A stretch of 64,000 nucleotides of DNA from Candidatus Omnitrophota bacterium. GTDB lineage: Bacteria > Omnitrophota > Gorgyraeia > Zapsychrales > Fredricksoniimonadaceae. Under the pieces are notes generated by a model. The model was not told where the DNA came from. It made no database searches and saw only the letters and a list, made by a program, of their open reading frames with translations. A program made the translations under genes and the position numbers. The stretch lies in assembly GCA_016201795.1 (NCBI GenBank), contig JACQCF010000010.1:15095-79094 (forward strand). The letters run 5' to 3'. Positions within the stretch are counted from its first letter, which is position 1; the number at the start of each line of letters is the position of its first letter. Positions 37,540 to 50,102 of the stretch are shown here, in pieces.

Positions 37540-38874
37540 ATGACCTTAATTGACCTCTGGCACAAAGCGCAGGAACCCCTCAAAGAACAGGTAGGCCCAA
37601 CCGGCTACGACACGTGGCTGGCCAGTCTCAAAGCCCTGCATAAAGACGCCGACACGCTTTTATTGCAGGCCCCGGACGAGTTCTTTAAAAACTGGATCAT
37701 CGAGCATTACGCGCCAACCATCGAGCGCTGCCTTAAACAGGAGGCGGGCAGGGGAGTGGCGGTGGAATTTGAAGTCAACGCCTCGCCTTTGCCCTCGCCG
37801 ACTAATCCCAAATCTGAGCCCATGGAGAAACCATTTGACCAGACCCCCGCTCGGCCGGCGCATTTAAATCCGCGGTTTCTGTTTGAAAATTTTGTGGTGG
37901 GCGCCTCAAACCGTTTTGCCTATGCCGCGGCCCAGGCCGTGGCTGAGGCGCCGGCGAAAATGTACAATCCATTTTTTATCTACGGGCCCGTGGGTCTGGG
38001 CAAAACGCATCTGTTGCAGGCCATCACCCATGACATCAGCCGCAAACACCCGGCTTTAAAAGCTTGCTACATTACCTCCGAACAATTTACCAATGAGCTC
38101 ATTAACGCCATTCGTCACCGCTGTGGAGAAAATTTTCGCCAGAAGTACCGCACCATCGACGTGCTTTTGATTGACGACATCCATTTTATCGCCGGTAAAG
38201 AGTCCACCCAGGAAGAATTTTTCCATACCTTCAACACCCTGCATGATCATCGCAAACAAATTATCATTTGCTCCGACCGGCCGCCGAAAGAAATCGCCCA
38301 TCTGGAAGACCGTCTGGTGTCGCGCTTTAACTGGGGACTGATTGCCGACATTCAGCCCCCCGATTATGAAACCCGGGCGGCCATCTTGCATAAAAAATTG
38401 GAATTGGAATCCGTCAAAGTCCCCGAAGACGTGGTCACGTTTATTGCCAGTGAAATCAAAACCAATATTCGCGAATTGGAAGGCGCACTTTTGAGAGTGG
38501 TGGCCTATGCCATACTGGAAGAAAAGCCCGTGAATCTGGCCGTGGCCAAAACGGTTCTTAAGCACATGGTCAAGGAAATGGTCAAAACCATCAGCGTGGA
38601 TATGGTACAAAAAGAAGTGGCGGAATTTTTTAATCTTACGCTTTATGATCTGAAAAACAAAAGCCGGCATAAAAACGTGGTTGTCCCCAGGCAGGTGGCC
38701 ATGTATCTGTCGCGCAAATTGACCGCGCATTCTCTGCCGGAAATCGGCGCGGCGTTTGGCGGCAAAGACCATACCACCATCTTGTATGCGGTTAAAAAAG
38801 TTGAAGAAGTTCTTTTAAAAGACGAACAAATAAGGAAAATAGTAGAAACGTTAAAGAATAGCTTGTTAGAATAA
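37540..38874 (+). CDS. dnaA: Chromosomal replication initiator DnaA
   Basis: 444 aa with AAA+ Walker A GPVGLGKTHL and a C-terminal DNA-binding domain (...VAMYLSRKLT..SLPEIG..FGGKDHTT). Confidence 0.95.
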   Translation: MTLIDLWHKAQEPLKEQVGPTGYDTWLASLKALHKDADTLLLQAPDEFFKNWIIEHYAPTIERCLKQEAGRGVAVEFEVNASPLPSPTNPKSEPMEKPFDQTPARPAHLNPRFLFENFVVGASNRFAYAAAQAVAEAPAKMYNPFFIYGPVGLGKTHLLQAITHDISRKHPALKACYITSEQFTNELINAIRHRCGENFRQKYRTIDVLLIDDIHFIAGKESTQEEFFHTFNTLHDHRKQIIICSDRPPKEIAHLEDRLVSRFNWGLIADIQPPDYETRAAILHKKLELESVKVPEDVVTFIASEIKTNIRELEGALLRVVAYAILEEKPVNLAVAKTVLKHMVKEMVKTISVDMVQKEVAEFFNLTLYDLKNKSRHKNVVVPRQVAMYLSRKLTAHSLPEIGAAFGGKDHTTILYAVKKVEEVLLKDEQIRKIVETLKNSLLE

Positions 38875-38899
38875 GATTCTTACCTACCTGACGGCAGTC

Positions 38900-39010
38900 A
38901 GGACTGTGTATAAGTGTTCAAGGTTATCCCAAGGTTATCCACAGCTGTGTATATTGTAACTGATTGAAAAATTGAAGGTTTGATGCCTTATTCAAATTAT
39001 CCACAGGACT
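38900..39010. promoter_or_regulatory. DnaA-box cluster / candidate oriC in the dnaA-dnaN spacer
   Basis: TTATCCACA at 38935-38943 and 38997-39005. A partial box GGTTATCCC is at 38922-38930 and an inverted variant TGTGTATAA at 38906-38914. An AT-rich stretch tgattgaaaaattgaagg could serve as the unwinding element. Confidence 0.6.
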
Positions 39011-39071
39011 TACTAAGACGACTTCTATTTGAAGAACTCAATCATAAATTAGATGAATCAAGGGTGTGAAT

Positions 39072-40160
39072 ATGAAAATTAAAGTGAATAAAGAGGAACT
39101 GTTGGGTGCTATTGGGGTGGTGGGTAATATCGTCTCTGGCAGAGCGACCTTACCTATATTATCGAATATGATGCTGGAGACTAAAGATGATACATTAAAG
39201 CTTAACACTACAGATCTGGATATCGGTATATCCTGTGAATTGCCTGTGCATGTTTATGAACAGGGCGCCATTACGGTGCCGGCCAAAAAATTCAGCGATA
39301 TGATCCGTGAGCTGCCGCCCGGGGAGGTGGTAGTGGTGGTGAGAAAAAACAATCAGGTGGAAATCGAAGGAGCCAATTGCCGTTTTAAGCTCAACGGCCT
39401 TCCCAAAGAAGAATTCCCCAAATTTCCGGAATTCAAAGACAAGAATGCGGTTTTGATACAACAAAATGATTTAAAAGAAATGATTCGTTTAACCTCGTTT
39501 GCGGTGTCCTATGAAGAATCACGGTATGTGTTAAACGGGATTTTACTGGAAATATCAGGTCATGTGGCGCGTATGGTCGCCACCGATGGCCGGCGTTTGG
39601 CGAAGATGGAAAAAAAATTGGTGCAAGCCTCCACGAAAGATTTAAGCATGATTATTCCCATTAAAGCCATTAGTGAAATCAACCGCAATCTTAAAGACAG
39701 TGGCCAGTGTTCGATCATTGATGGGGTCAATCAGGTGCTGTTTAATATCGACGGAATTTTGATTGCCACCCGCATCATCGAAGGGGAATTCCCCAATTAT
39801 AAACAGGTGATCCCTAAAGAGGTGGCCGCCAGGACCAAAGTCAAAACGGCAGACTTATTGGCGGCTATTCGCCGGGCCAATCTTTTATCGACACCGGATT
39901 TTCAGGCCATCAAATTTGAATTATTTAAAGAGAAAATGGTCATTTCCAAATCTACCCCCGACGTGGGCGAGTCCCGCGAGGAAGTGGCGGTCGAATACGG
40001 CCACCAGGAACTCATGGTCGGCTTTAATCCGCAGTTTTTCATTGACGTGCTTAAAAATTTAAACCAAGAGCATATCGAACTGGAATTTTTAGGACCGGAT
40101 AAGCCCTGCGTGCTCAGGCTCCACGATTACCTGTACCTGGCCCTGCCAATGAGATTGTGA
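39072..40160 (+). CDS. dnaN: DNA polymerase III beta subunit (sliding clamp)
   Basis: MKIKVNKEELLGAIGVVGNIV...; 3-domain clamp. Start is set at the ATG at 39072; the ORF track uses GTG at 39066. Confidence 0.93.
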   Translation: MKIKVNKEELLGAIGVVGNIVSGRATLPILSNMMLETKDDTLKLNTTDLDIGISCELPVHVYEQGAITVPAKKFSDMIRELPPGEVVVVVRKNNQVEIEGANCRFKLNGLPKEEFPKFPEFKDKNAVLIQQNDLKEMIRLTSFAVSYEESRYVLNGILLEISGHVARMVATDGRRLAKMEKKLVQASTKDLSMIIPIKAISEINRNLKDSGQCSIIDGVNQVLFNIDGILIATRIIEGEFPNYKQVIPKEVAARTKVKTADLLAAIRRANLLSTPDFQAIKFELFKEKMVISKSTPDVGESREEVAVEYGHQELMVGFNPQFFIDVLKNLNQEHIELEFLGPDKPCVLRLHDYLYLALPMRL

Positions 40161-40438
40161 GAGTCATGAATACAATCAAAAATATCATCCCCGTCGTCAT
40201 CGGTGAGATGGCCAAAAAAAGGCCGCAGGAAATAGACTTGAGCCAGCTCTGGGGGAGGATTGCCGGCAGCCCTAAAGGCAGCCGCGCCGCACAGATGAAA
40301 GAGGGACGCCTGACGGTTTTAGTGGATTCTTCCGCCCGCAAAATGCAGCTGTTTCGCAAGAAAGACCAACTGCTGGAGCAATTGCAAAACAAAATACCGA
40401 CGATCAAAACCATTTATTTTAAAGTAGGGAGTGTATAG
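40157..40438 (+). CDS. DUF721 family protein (YaaA/RemB-like small protein between dnaN and gyrB)
   Basis: 93 aa in the position occupied by DUF721 genes in dnaA-dnaN-(recF)-gyrB clusters. recF is absent here. Confidence 0.5.
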   Translation: MRVMNTIKNIIPVVIGEMAKKRPQEIDLSQLWGRIAGSPKGSRAAQMKEGRLTVLVDSSARKMQLFRKKDQLLEQLQNKIPTIKTIYFKVGSV

Positions 40439-40449
40439 CTAAAAACTAG

Positions 40450-42993
<2,544 letters not shown>

Positions 42994-43040
42994 CGTAGGG
43001 GCGAGGTGACCTCGCCCGTACACAGAAAGGTTCAGCCGTT

Positions 43041-45500
43041 ATGATGCGTGACGCCAACAAGAAAGAAAGAATCATTCCCGTCTATATCGAAGAGGAGATG
43101 AAAAATTCTTACCTGTCGTATTCGATGTCGGTCATCGTCGGGCGCGCTTTGCCTGATGTGCGCGACGGGCTTAAACCCGTGCACCGGCGCATTTTGTATG
43201 CGATGAAAGAGCTTAATCTCGAGCACAACAAGCCCTATAAGAAAAGCGCGCGCATCGTCGGTGAAGTTTTGGGTAAATACCATCCCCACGGCGATACGGC
43301 GGTCTATGACACCATGGTGCGTATGGTGCAGGATTTTTCCCTGCGCTATCCTTTGATCGACGGCCAGGGCAATTTCGGCTCCATCGACGGCGATGCGGCC
43401 GCGGCCATGCGTTATACGGAAGCGCGCATGGCCTCAATGTCCGAAAGCATGCTTTCGGACATTGACAAAGAAACCGTGGAGTTTTCGCCCAATTTCGACG
43501 GGTCGCTGACGGAGCCGGATATTTTGCCGGGCATGGTCCCTAACCTTTTGGTCAACGGTTCCTCAGGGATTGCGGTGGGCATGGCCACCAATATGGCGCC
43601 GCATAATTTAAATGAAATCATCGATGGCCTCATGGTTTTGCTGGATAATCCAGAAAGCACCATTAAAGACCTGATGAAATTAGTCAAGGGACCGGATTTC
43701 CCGACGGGCGGCATCATTTGCGGCCGTGAGGGCATTGTGGATGCTTACAACAGCGGCCGCGGCAAAGTCATTATCCGCGCCAGAGCTTCCATCGAGCAAC
43801 AAAAAGGCAACAGGGAAGCGATCATCATCACGGAAGTTCCTTATCAGGTCAACAAAGCCAATTTGATTTTGGCCATCGCCGAGTTGGTGCAAAACAAACA
43901 GATCGATGGCATTACCGATATCCGCGATGAATCGGATAAAGACGGCATCCGGGTGGTCATTGAACTGCGCCGGGACATTGATGCCAACATTGTCTTAAAT
44001 TATCTTTATAAGCATACGCAGATGGAGGTGACTTTTGGCATTATCAATCTGGCGCTGGTCAATAAATCCCCGCGCGTGCTTAACCTCAAGCAGCTGATGC
44101 AGCATTATATCGGTCATCGGCGCGCGGTGATTCGTCGCCGCACCCAATTTGATTTAGACAAAGCCCTGCGACGGGCGCACATTTTAGAAGGGTTTAAAAC
44201 CGCCTTTAAGCATCTGGATGAAATGATCAAAACCATCCGCGCTTCCAAAACCACCAGCGACGCCAAAGAAGCGCTCATGAAGAAATTCGATTTGACCGAC
44301 GTGCAGGCGCAGGCGATTCTGGAAATGCAGCTGCAGCGTTTGGCCGCCCTGGAGCGCGACAAAATAGAGGCCGAATACCAGCAATTGCTCAAAGATATCG
44401 ACAATTACCGCGCGATTTTGGCCTCCGACAAGCGCGTCGACGACATCATCCGGGAAGAATTAGGGGAGCTCAAAAAGAAATATGCCGATGAGCGCCGCAC
44501 CGAAATCGCGGCCAAGGCCGAGGATATCCAAATCGAGGATTTGATTGCCGACGAGGACATGGCGATCACCATCAGCAATAAAGGCTATATCAAACGCTTA
44601 AGTGTCGATGCGTACCATTCGCAAAAACGCGGCGGCAAAGGCGTCACGGCCATGACCACTTCCGAGGAGGATTTTGTCGAGCGGCTGTTTGTGGCCTCCT
44701 CGAAAGATTATCTTTTGATTTTTTCCAATCAAGGAACTATCCGGTGGCTGAAAGTGTATGAAATTCCCGCGGCCTCTCGTACGGCCAGGGGCAAGGCCAT
44801 TGTAAATCTATTGTCGTTTAAACCCGAGGAGCAAATCTCCGCCATCGTGGCCGTGAAAGAATTCCGTGAAGATCAATTTCTGGTGTTTGCCACCAAACGG
44901 GGGCTGGTGAAAAAAACCAAGCTTTCCGCGTACAACAACCCCCGCAAAGGAGGCATCGTCGGCATTGGCCTGGAAAAAGACGACGAGCTCATTGGGGTGT
45001 CTTTAAGCAATGGCAAAGAAGAGGTGTTGTTAGCCACCCGTCGAGGCATTGCTTTGCGTTTTGACGAGAAGCAATTGCGTGACATGGGCCGCTCGGCTAA
45101 AGGCGTGCACGGGATCAATTTGCAAAAGGGCGATTACGTCGTCGGAATGCTGGTGTTTGCACCGGACGTGGATAAAACAGGATCGAAATTACTGACCGTT
45201 TGCGAATTAGGCTATGCCAAACGCTCGGATTTTACCGATTACAGAACACAATCCAGAGGCGGCAAAGGCATTATCAATGTGAAGCTGACCGATAAAAACG
45301 GTCCGGTGGTCGCTGTTTTGTCTGTGACGGATGGTGACCAAATCATGGTGGTGACTAAAAAAGGGATGGTGGTGCGTTCATCCCCGGCGGAAATTCGCGA
45401 AACCGGCCGCAGCGCCGTGGGAGTGCGGTTGATTTCTTTAGAGAGCGGCGATAAACTTTCCTCGATTGCGCACGTCGTCGGGCATGAGGTGGAAGAATAA
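43041..45500 (+). CDS. gyrA: DNA gyrase subunit A
   Basis: 819 aa; active-site region ...[11 protein letters not shown] (catalytic Tyr) and a C-terminal beta-pinwheel. Confidence 0.95.
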   Translation: MMRDANKKERIIPVYIEEEMKNSYLSYSMSVIVGRALPDVRDGLKPVHRRILYAMKELNLEHNKPYKKSARIVGEVLGKYHPHGDTAVYDTMVRMVQDFSLRYPLIDGQGNFGSIDGDAAAAMRYTEARMASMSESMLSDIDKETVEFSPNFDGSLTEPDILPGMVPNLLVNGSSGIAVGMATNMAPHNLNEIIDGLMVLLDNPESTIKDLMKLVKGPDFPTGGIICGREGIVDAYNSGRGKVIIRARASIEQQKGNREAIIITEVPYQVNKANLILAIAELVQNKQIDGITDIRDESDKDGIRVVIELRRDIDANIVLNYLYKHTQMEVTFGIINLALVNKSPRVLNLKQLMQHYIGHRRAVIRRRTQFDLDKALRRAHILEGFKTAFKHLDEMIKTIRASKTTSDAKEALMKKFDLTDVQAQAILEMQLQRLAALERDKIEAEYQQLLKDIDNYRAILASDKRVDDIIREELGELKKKYADERRTEIAAKAEDIQIEDLIADEDMAITISNKGYIKRLSVDAYHSQKRGGKGVTAMTTSEEDFVERLFVASSKDYLLIFSNQGTIRWLKVYEIPAASRTARGKAIVNLLSFKPEEQISAIVAVKEFREDQFLVFATKRGLVKKTKLSAYNNPRKGGIVGIGLEKDDELIGVSLSNGKEEVLLATRRGIALRFDEKQLRDMGRSAKGVHGINLQKGDYVVGMLVFAPDVDKTGSKLLTVCELGYAKRSDFTDYRTQSRGGKGIINVKLTDKNGPVVAVLSVTDGDQIMVVTKKGMVVRSSPAEIRETGRSAVGVRLISLESGDKLSSIAHVVGHEVEE

Positions 45501-45555
45501 ACGAACCCACGAAGTCAAAACCTCTTGACGGTAAAAGTCTGCGGGATATAATAAA

Positions 45556-45632
45556 CATTTTCTTCGACCCTGTCGTCTAGCCCGGTCAGGACAAGAGCTT
45601 TTCAAGCTCTCGGCACGGGTTCAAATCCCGTC
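45556..45632 (+). tRNA. tRNA-Glu (anticodon UUC), CCA encoded
   Basis: GACCCTGTCGTCTAGCCCGGTCAGGACAAGAGCTTTTCAAGCTCTCGGCACGGGTTCAAATCCCGTCAGGGTCACCA. Acceptor GACCCTG/CAGGGTC; anticodon loop TTTTCAA. Confidence 0.8.
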
Positions 45633-45674
45633 AGGGTCACCACCATTGTTGAATTTTTAGTTGAGGAGGGCTTT

Positions 45675-46322
45675 ATGTTAACCATCTACGGTTCTGATTT
45701 ATCCGGTCCCTGCAACAAAGTGCGATTTGTGGCCAATGATTTGGGCTTCAATTACGAATACCGCCGCATGAACCTGCGCGACGGCGAACAGAAACAGGAG
45801 TGGTTTTTGAAGATCAACCCCATCGGTAAGGTGCCGGCGATCGACGATAACGGCTTCTGTTTGTTTGAAAGCGGGGCGATCTGTAAATATATGTGCGATC
45901 AAAAGGGCTCAAGTCTTTATCCGAAAGATCTCAAACAAAGAGCCACCGTCGAGCAGTGGACGGATTTCGTTAATTTGCACATGGCGGCCAATATGATGAA
46001 AGTGGTCTATAACCGCGTCTTTGCGCCCCTGCGCCATTTGCCGGTCAACCAGGAATCCATCGACGAAGGGCTTAAATTTTTAGCACAGTATTTTCCGGTG
46101 ATCGAAGCACGGTTGGCCAAGAATAAATTTATCGTCGGCAATGCATTAACCCTGGCGGATATGACGCTTTTGGCTGCTTTGGATCCGGTGGAAATGGCTC
46201 AGGTTGGCTTAGAGAAATATCCTAAACTCACCGCCTGGCGTCAAGGTTTAAAATCGCAAACGTTTTACACCCAATGCCACAAGGAATACGGCGAAAGTTT
46301 AAAACAAGCCGCGCCTCGATGA
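45675..46322 (+). CDS. Glutathione S-transferase family protein
   Basis: 215 aa with an N-terminal thioredoxin-like GST fold (...KINPIGKVPAIDDNGFCLFESGAICKYM) and a C-terminal helical domain. Confidence 0.8.
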   Translation: MLTIYGSDLSGPCNKVRFVANDLGFNYEYRRMNLRDGEQKQEWFLKINPIGKVPAIDDNGFCLFESGAICKYMCDQKGSSLYPKDLKQRATVEQWTDFVNLHMAANMMKVVYNRVFAPLRHLPVNQESIDEGLKFLAQYFPVIEARLAKNKFIVGNALTLADMTLLAALDPVEMAQVGLEKYPKLTAWRQGLKSQTFYTQCHKEYGESLKQAAPR

Positions 46323-47113
46323 AGGTTGCGCTCATTCAGTTTAATGCCGGGGCTAATAAAAGTGATAATATCCGACGGGCCCTGGAGTTTGTGAAGGAGG
46401 CCGCCGCGCATCAGGCCCAGTGGATTCTTCTGCCGGAGATTTTTAACTTCCGCGGCGATATCCGCCGCAAAGAAGTCCTGCGGCAAATCCGCGAACCTAT
46501 TCCAGGCCCGACGACTCAAACGTTTTTGGATTTTGCATGCCACCACCACGTGGATCTCTTATTGGGCTCACTGCTAGAACAAGCCCCGGGGGATAAAGCG
46601 TATAATACGTCGGTCGCCATCAGCGGCTCCTTGGGAAAGATGGTCAAATATCGCAAAATTCACTTATTCGACGCTATCCTCGGTGATAAGATCATACGCG
46701 AGTCGGATTTTCTGGTTAAAGGAGGCCGGCTGCAAACAGTTTCCGTCGGTGAATTTCGGGCGGCTTTAAGCGTCTGTTACGATTTAAGATTTCCTGATCT
46801 TTATCAAAGCTATGCGCGGCAAAAAGCCACGGTGTTAAGTGTGCCGTCGTGTTTTACCAAACAAACCGGTCAAGCCCATTGGGAAAGTCTGTTAAGGGCC
46901 CGGGCGATTGAAAATTTATGTTACGTGTTGGCCCCCGCCCAGGTCGGCAAAGACGATCGGGGCATGGAAGCTTACGGCCACAGCATGATCATAAGCCCTT
47001 GGGGGGACGTGATGGCCTGCGGCTCGTCGGACAAAGAAGAAATCATTGATGGCGAAATTTCGCTCGAGGCTGTTCAAGAAGCGCGGGCCAAATTGCCAGG
47101 AATTGTTAAATAG
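46319..47113 (+). CDS. Carbon-nitrogen hydrolase (nitrilase superfamily)
   Basis: MKVALIQFNAGANKSDN... with the catalytic triad context E (LPEIF), K (YRKIHLF) and C (SVCYDLRFP). The ATG overlaps the GST stop (ATGA). Confidence 0.85.
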   Translation: MKVALIQFNAGANKSDNIRRALEFVKEAAAHQAQWILLPEIFNFRGDIRRKEVLRQIREPIPGPTTQTFLDFACHHHVDLLLGSLLEQAPGDKAYNTSVAISGSLGKMVKYRKIHLFDAILGDKIIRESDFLVKGGRLQTVSVGEFRAALSVCYDLRFPDLYQSYARQKATVLSVPSCFTKQTGQAHWESLLRARAIENLCYVLAPAQVGKDDRGMEAYGHSMIISPWGDVMACGSSDKEEIIDGEISLEAVQEARAKLPGIVK

Positions 47114-47118
47114 ATAAA

Positions 47119-47217
47119 TTCCCCTCCCCTTGTGGGAGGGGCTAGGGGAGGGGATACAGATGAGAATTATCCTCAGTGTTACCCCCACCCTAACCCTCCC
47201 CACAAAGGGGGAGGGAA
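47119..47217 (+). repeat. MITE-like G-rich palindromic element, copy A (GGGAGGGG family)
   Basis: Left end TTCCCCTCCCCTTGTGGGAGGGGCTAGGGGAGGGGA, a 25-nt spacer, then right end CCCCCACCCTAACCCTCCCCACAAAGGGGGAGGGAA. Each end is itself a hairpin and a G-quadruplex-type G-run array. It lies just 5' of mdh. Confidence 0.7.
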
Positions 47218-47234
47218 TAAATCAAGGAATGAGT

Positions 47235-48215
47235 ATGCCAAAGCGTATTAAAGTCGCAGTGACTGGTGCCGCCGGACACATCGGCTATGCTTTGGTGTTT
47301 CGCATAGCCGCCAGTGAAATGTTTGGGCCAGACACGGCCATTGACTTAAAACTTTTGGAATTGGAAAAAGCTTTGCCGGTTTTGGGTGGGGTGGCGATGG
47401 AGCTGGAGGACTGCGCGTTTCCTTTGCTAAAGTCGGTGGCCATAACCGCTGATGCCACCCTAGCTTTTAAAGAGGCGGATTGGGCTTTGCTTATCGGCAG
47501 CGTGCCGCGCAAAGAGGGCATGGAACGCGGCGATCTTTTGAAAATCAACGGGGGAGTTTTCATCGAACAGGGCAAGGCGCTCTCGAAACATGCCAAAGGG
47601 ACTTGCAAAATCCTGGTGGTGGGCAACCCCTGCAACACCAATGCTTTTATCGCTAAAAGTGTTTGCCAGAATATTCCAGCCAGAAACTTTTTTGCCATGA
47701 CCATGCTGGACCACCACCGCGCCACGGCGCAACTGGCGCAAAAAGCCGGAGTTTCCGTCGCTGATGTCAAAAGAGTGGCCATTTGGGGCAACCATTCCGC
47801 CACCTTGTATCCGGATTTTTATAATGCCACGATAGGCGGCCGTCCGGTTGCGGAGGTCATCAAGGATTTGAATTGGTTGCAGACGACATTTATGGAAGGC
47901 GTACAGAAGCGCGGGGCCGCCGTCCTCAAGGCGCGTGGGCTTTCATCAGCCGCCTCGGCCGCTCATGCGATTATTGATACCGTGCGCGCCATCAGCAGGC
48001 CTACCCCGGCAGGAGAGACTTTTTCGGCAGCCGTTTCTTCCGATGGCAGTTATGATATTCCCGAAGGCGTCATGTTTGGTTTTCCTTTGCAAAGCGATGG
48101 CCAGAACTGGAAAATTGCGGACGGCTTTAAGCACAATGATTTTGCCAAAGCCAGGATGAAAGCGACCCTGGATGAGCTTTTAAGCGAACAAGAGGCGGTC
48201 AAAATTTATCTATAG
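47235..48215 (+). CDS. mdh: Malate dehydrogenase (NAD-dependent, LDH-like family)
   Basis: [24 protein letters not shown]... Rossmann GxGxxG. The ORF track starts upstream at 47130, reading through the repeat; start is trimmed to the ATG after the SD-like AAGGAA. Confidence 0.88.
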   Translation: MPKRIKVAVTGAAGHIGYALVFRIAASEMFGPDTAIDLKLLELEKALPVLGGVAMELEDCAFPLLKSVAITADATLAFKEADWALLIGSVPRKEGMERGDLLKINGGVFIEQGKALSKHAKGTCKILVVGNPCNTNAFIAKSVCQNIPARNFFAMTMLDHHRATAQLAQKAGVSVADVKRVAIWGNHSATLYPDFYNATIGGRPVAEVIKDLNWLQTTFMEGVQKRGAAVLKARGLSSAASAAHAIIDTVRAISRPTPAGETFSAAVSSDGSYDIPEGVMFGFPLQSDGQNWKIADGFKHNDFAKARMKATLDELLSEQEAVKIYL

Positions 48216-48276
48216 TCATTTGCATTTGGATAATTTAACGGGTATACTTAACCTATACTTATTTTTGGAGGACTAG

Positions 48277-49245
48277 ATGGACTACTTTTACCGAAGGATT
48301 TTGATAGGGGGGCTGGTGTGTATCACCGCAGCCACTGTATCTGGCTGTGATCTATTCTCTACTGGTAAAAAAACAGCTAAGAAGCCTTCCTCAGATGCCA
48401 CCAGTACAATCGTGACAACTCCAAGCTCCAATGAAACCGCAGACAGTCAGGGGTCCTTACCTGCCAATGTCCTTGCTCGCGTCGGCAATTGGACATTGAC
48501 CCTGGAGGAATTTAATCAACGGCTTAAACTGCTTAAACAAGGATTTCCGGATTTTAATGAAAACGACCCCCAAGCCAAAGCCGCCGTGCTCAATGAGCTG
48601 ATACGCCAGCAATTGTTGGTTAAAGATGCCGAGAATTCCGATATTGCTGATAAAAAAGATATTAAAGACGCGGTGGAAGATTTCCGTCGCACGCTGCTGG
48701 TGCGGGAGCTGGCCAATCGTATCACCAAAGATTTGAAAGTCACCGAAGAAGAAGCCCAAAAATATTATGATCAGAACAAAGACAAAGACCCTGTCTTGAT
48801 GGAACCTCTTCGATGGAAGGTGCGCGAGATAGTGGTTGACGATGAGGCCGCGGCCAAGAATATCTTAGTCCAACTATTGCAGGGCGCTGATTTTGCCGAA
48901 ACCGCCAAAGCGCAATCTAAAGGTAAAACTGCCTCCCAAGGGGGAGCTTTACCGGAGTTTACCAAAGCGCCTTTTGAAGCTATGCAAAAAGCCATTGCTT
49001 CAGTGGATGCCGGCGGTACCAGCGGCGTATTTAAAGCTCCTGACGGGTTTTATATTGTGCGCGTGGAGGAGAAAAAAGGCGGCAGCCCCAAAGTTTTTGG
49101 GGGTATTAAAGGGGATTTAATCATAGGACTGACGCAGCTCAAACAGCAGAGCGTCCTATTAGAGTACATCGATAAGTTAGCCCAAAAAACCAAAGTGGAA
49201 ATTAACAGACAGCTCTGGGGGGCCGTCGATCACAAAGGGCCCTAA
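48277..49245 (+). CDS. Parvulin-type peptidyl-prolyl isomerase lipoprotein (SurA/PrsA-like)
   Basis: 322 aa with lipobox VSGCD, a SurA_N-like chaperone region and a PpiC domain (GGALPEF...GVFKAPDGFYIVRVEE). Confidence 0.8.
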   Translation: MDYFYRRILIGGLVCITAATVSGCDLFSTGKKTAKKPSSDATSTIVTTPSSNETADSQGSLPANVLARVGNWTLTLEEFNQRLKLLKQGFPDFNENDPQAKAAVLNELIRQQLLVKDAENSDIADKKDIKDAVEDFRRTLLVRELANRITKDLKVTEEEAQKYYDQNKDKDPVLMEPLRWKVREIVVDDEAAAKNILVQLLQGADFAETAKAQSKGKTASQGGALPEFTKAPFEAMQKAIASVDAGGTSGVFKAPDGFYIVRVEEKKGGSPKVFGGIKGDLIIGLTQLKQQSVLLEYIDKLAQKTKVEINRQLWGAVDHKGP

Positions 49246-49259
49246 GAGGAGGCAAGCTC

Positions 49260-50099
49260 ATGGCTATGGAAAATAAAAAACAGATCTTTTTGATCATATT
49301 TGCGGTGGTCGCCGGTATTGCGGCGACGCTATTAACCAGCAATTATGTGATCAGAACAATAGAACAGAAGACGCAGGAACTTTCTGACCAGTATGACCAA
49401 AAGCAAAAACAGATGGCGGCGGAATTGCAGCAGCAAAGCCAGCAGCAGGTGGCTGCTTTGCGTGAGGAGATTGGCCGCATCAGCCAGCAGCAGCAGGAGA
49501 CTTTGCAAAAAGCCAACGCCGCGATGCAGGCTGGGCAGCAGGGCGCGGCCATGGGGAAGCAAAGAGCCAGACGCGCCACTACCCTGTTAACCATGAAAAC
49601 ACCTGCCGGCAAACGCGCGGTGACGGTGATGATTGATTCTTTAGCCGCGGTGGGCGGGCTTTTAAACCCGGGCGATTTCGTGGATGTGATGGCGCATTTG
49701 AACGTGCCTGAAGAAGCAAGCTCTGATAAGAAAAAGACTCTTACGGCGATGGTTTTTCAAGATTTGCAGGTGCTGGCGATCAACACTAATTTGGAGGATG
49801 CCGGGGCTTACGATGAGCAGCAGGCTGCGGGGTCTTTAAAGGTAACCTTTGCGGTGGACCCGCAAGAAGCGGGGCTTTTGGCTTTTGCCGATAAAAACGG
49901 CAAGCTGGAGCTGGCTCTGCGGGCTACCAATGAAAACGATAAACAGATGGTCAAGGCCTCCACCTGGAAGACGCTGGCGGATTATGTGCTGCAGAATCAG
50001 GGTTCCGCCATCGATGTCCCCGAAGAAGGAATGCCCAAAACCGGAACAAAAGAAGGAAAGCCCTACATTCAGATTTTTAGAGGAGGTAAGGAGCTCTAA
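49260..50099 (+). CDS. cpaB: Flp pilus assembly protein CpaB/RcpC with inserted Gln-rich coiled coil
   Basis: 279 aa with an N-terminal TM, a ~70-aa Q-rich segment, then the RcpC/CpaB C-domain (AVTVMIDSLAAVGGLLNPGDFVDVMAHL...LQVLAIN...VTFAVDPQEAGLLAFA). Confidence 0.75.
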   Translation: MAMENKKQIFLIIFAVVAGIAATLLTSNYVIRTIEQKTQELSDQYDQKQKQMAAELQQQSQQQVAALREEIGRISQQQQETLQKANAAMQAGQQGAAMGKQRARRATTLLTMKTPAGKRAVTVMIDSLAAVGGLLNPGDFVDVMAHLNVPEEASSDKKKTLTAMVFQDLQVLAINTNLEDAGAYDEQQAAGSLKVTFAVDPQEAGLLAFADKNGKLELALRATNENDKQMVKASTWKTLADYVLQNQGSAIDVPEEGMPKTGTKEGKPYIQIFRGGKEL

Positions 50100-50102
50100 T
50101 CC

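Noticed and set aside
38056-38772. 238-aa minus-strand ORF inside dnaA, and many similar antisense ORFs inside gyrB, gyrA, tadZA, cpaC and others
   Set aside because: They are antisense shadows of well-supported genes, His/Phe/Gly-rich and without motifs.
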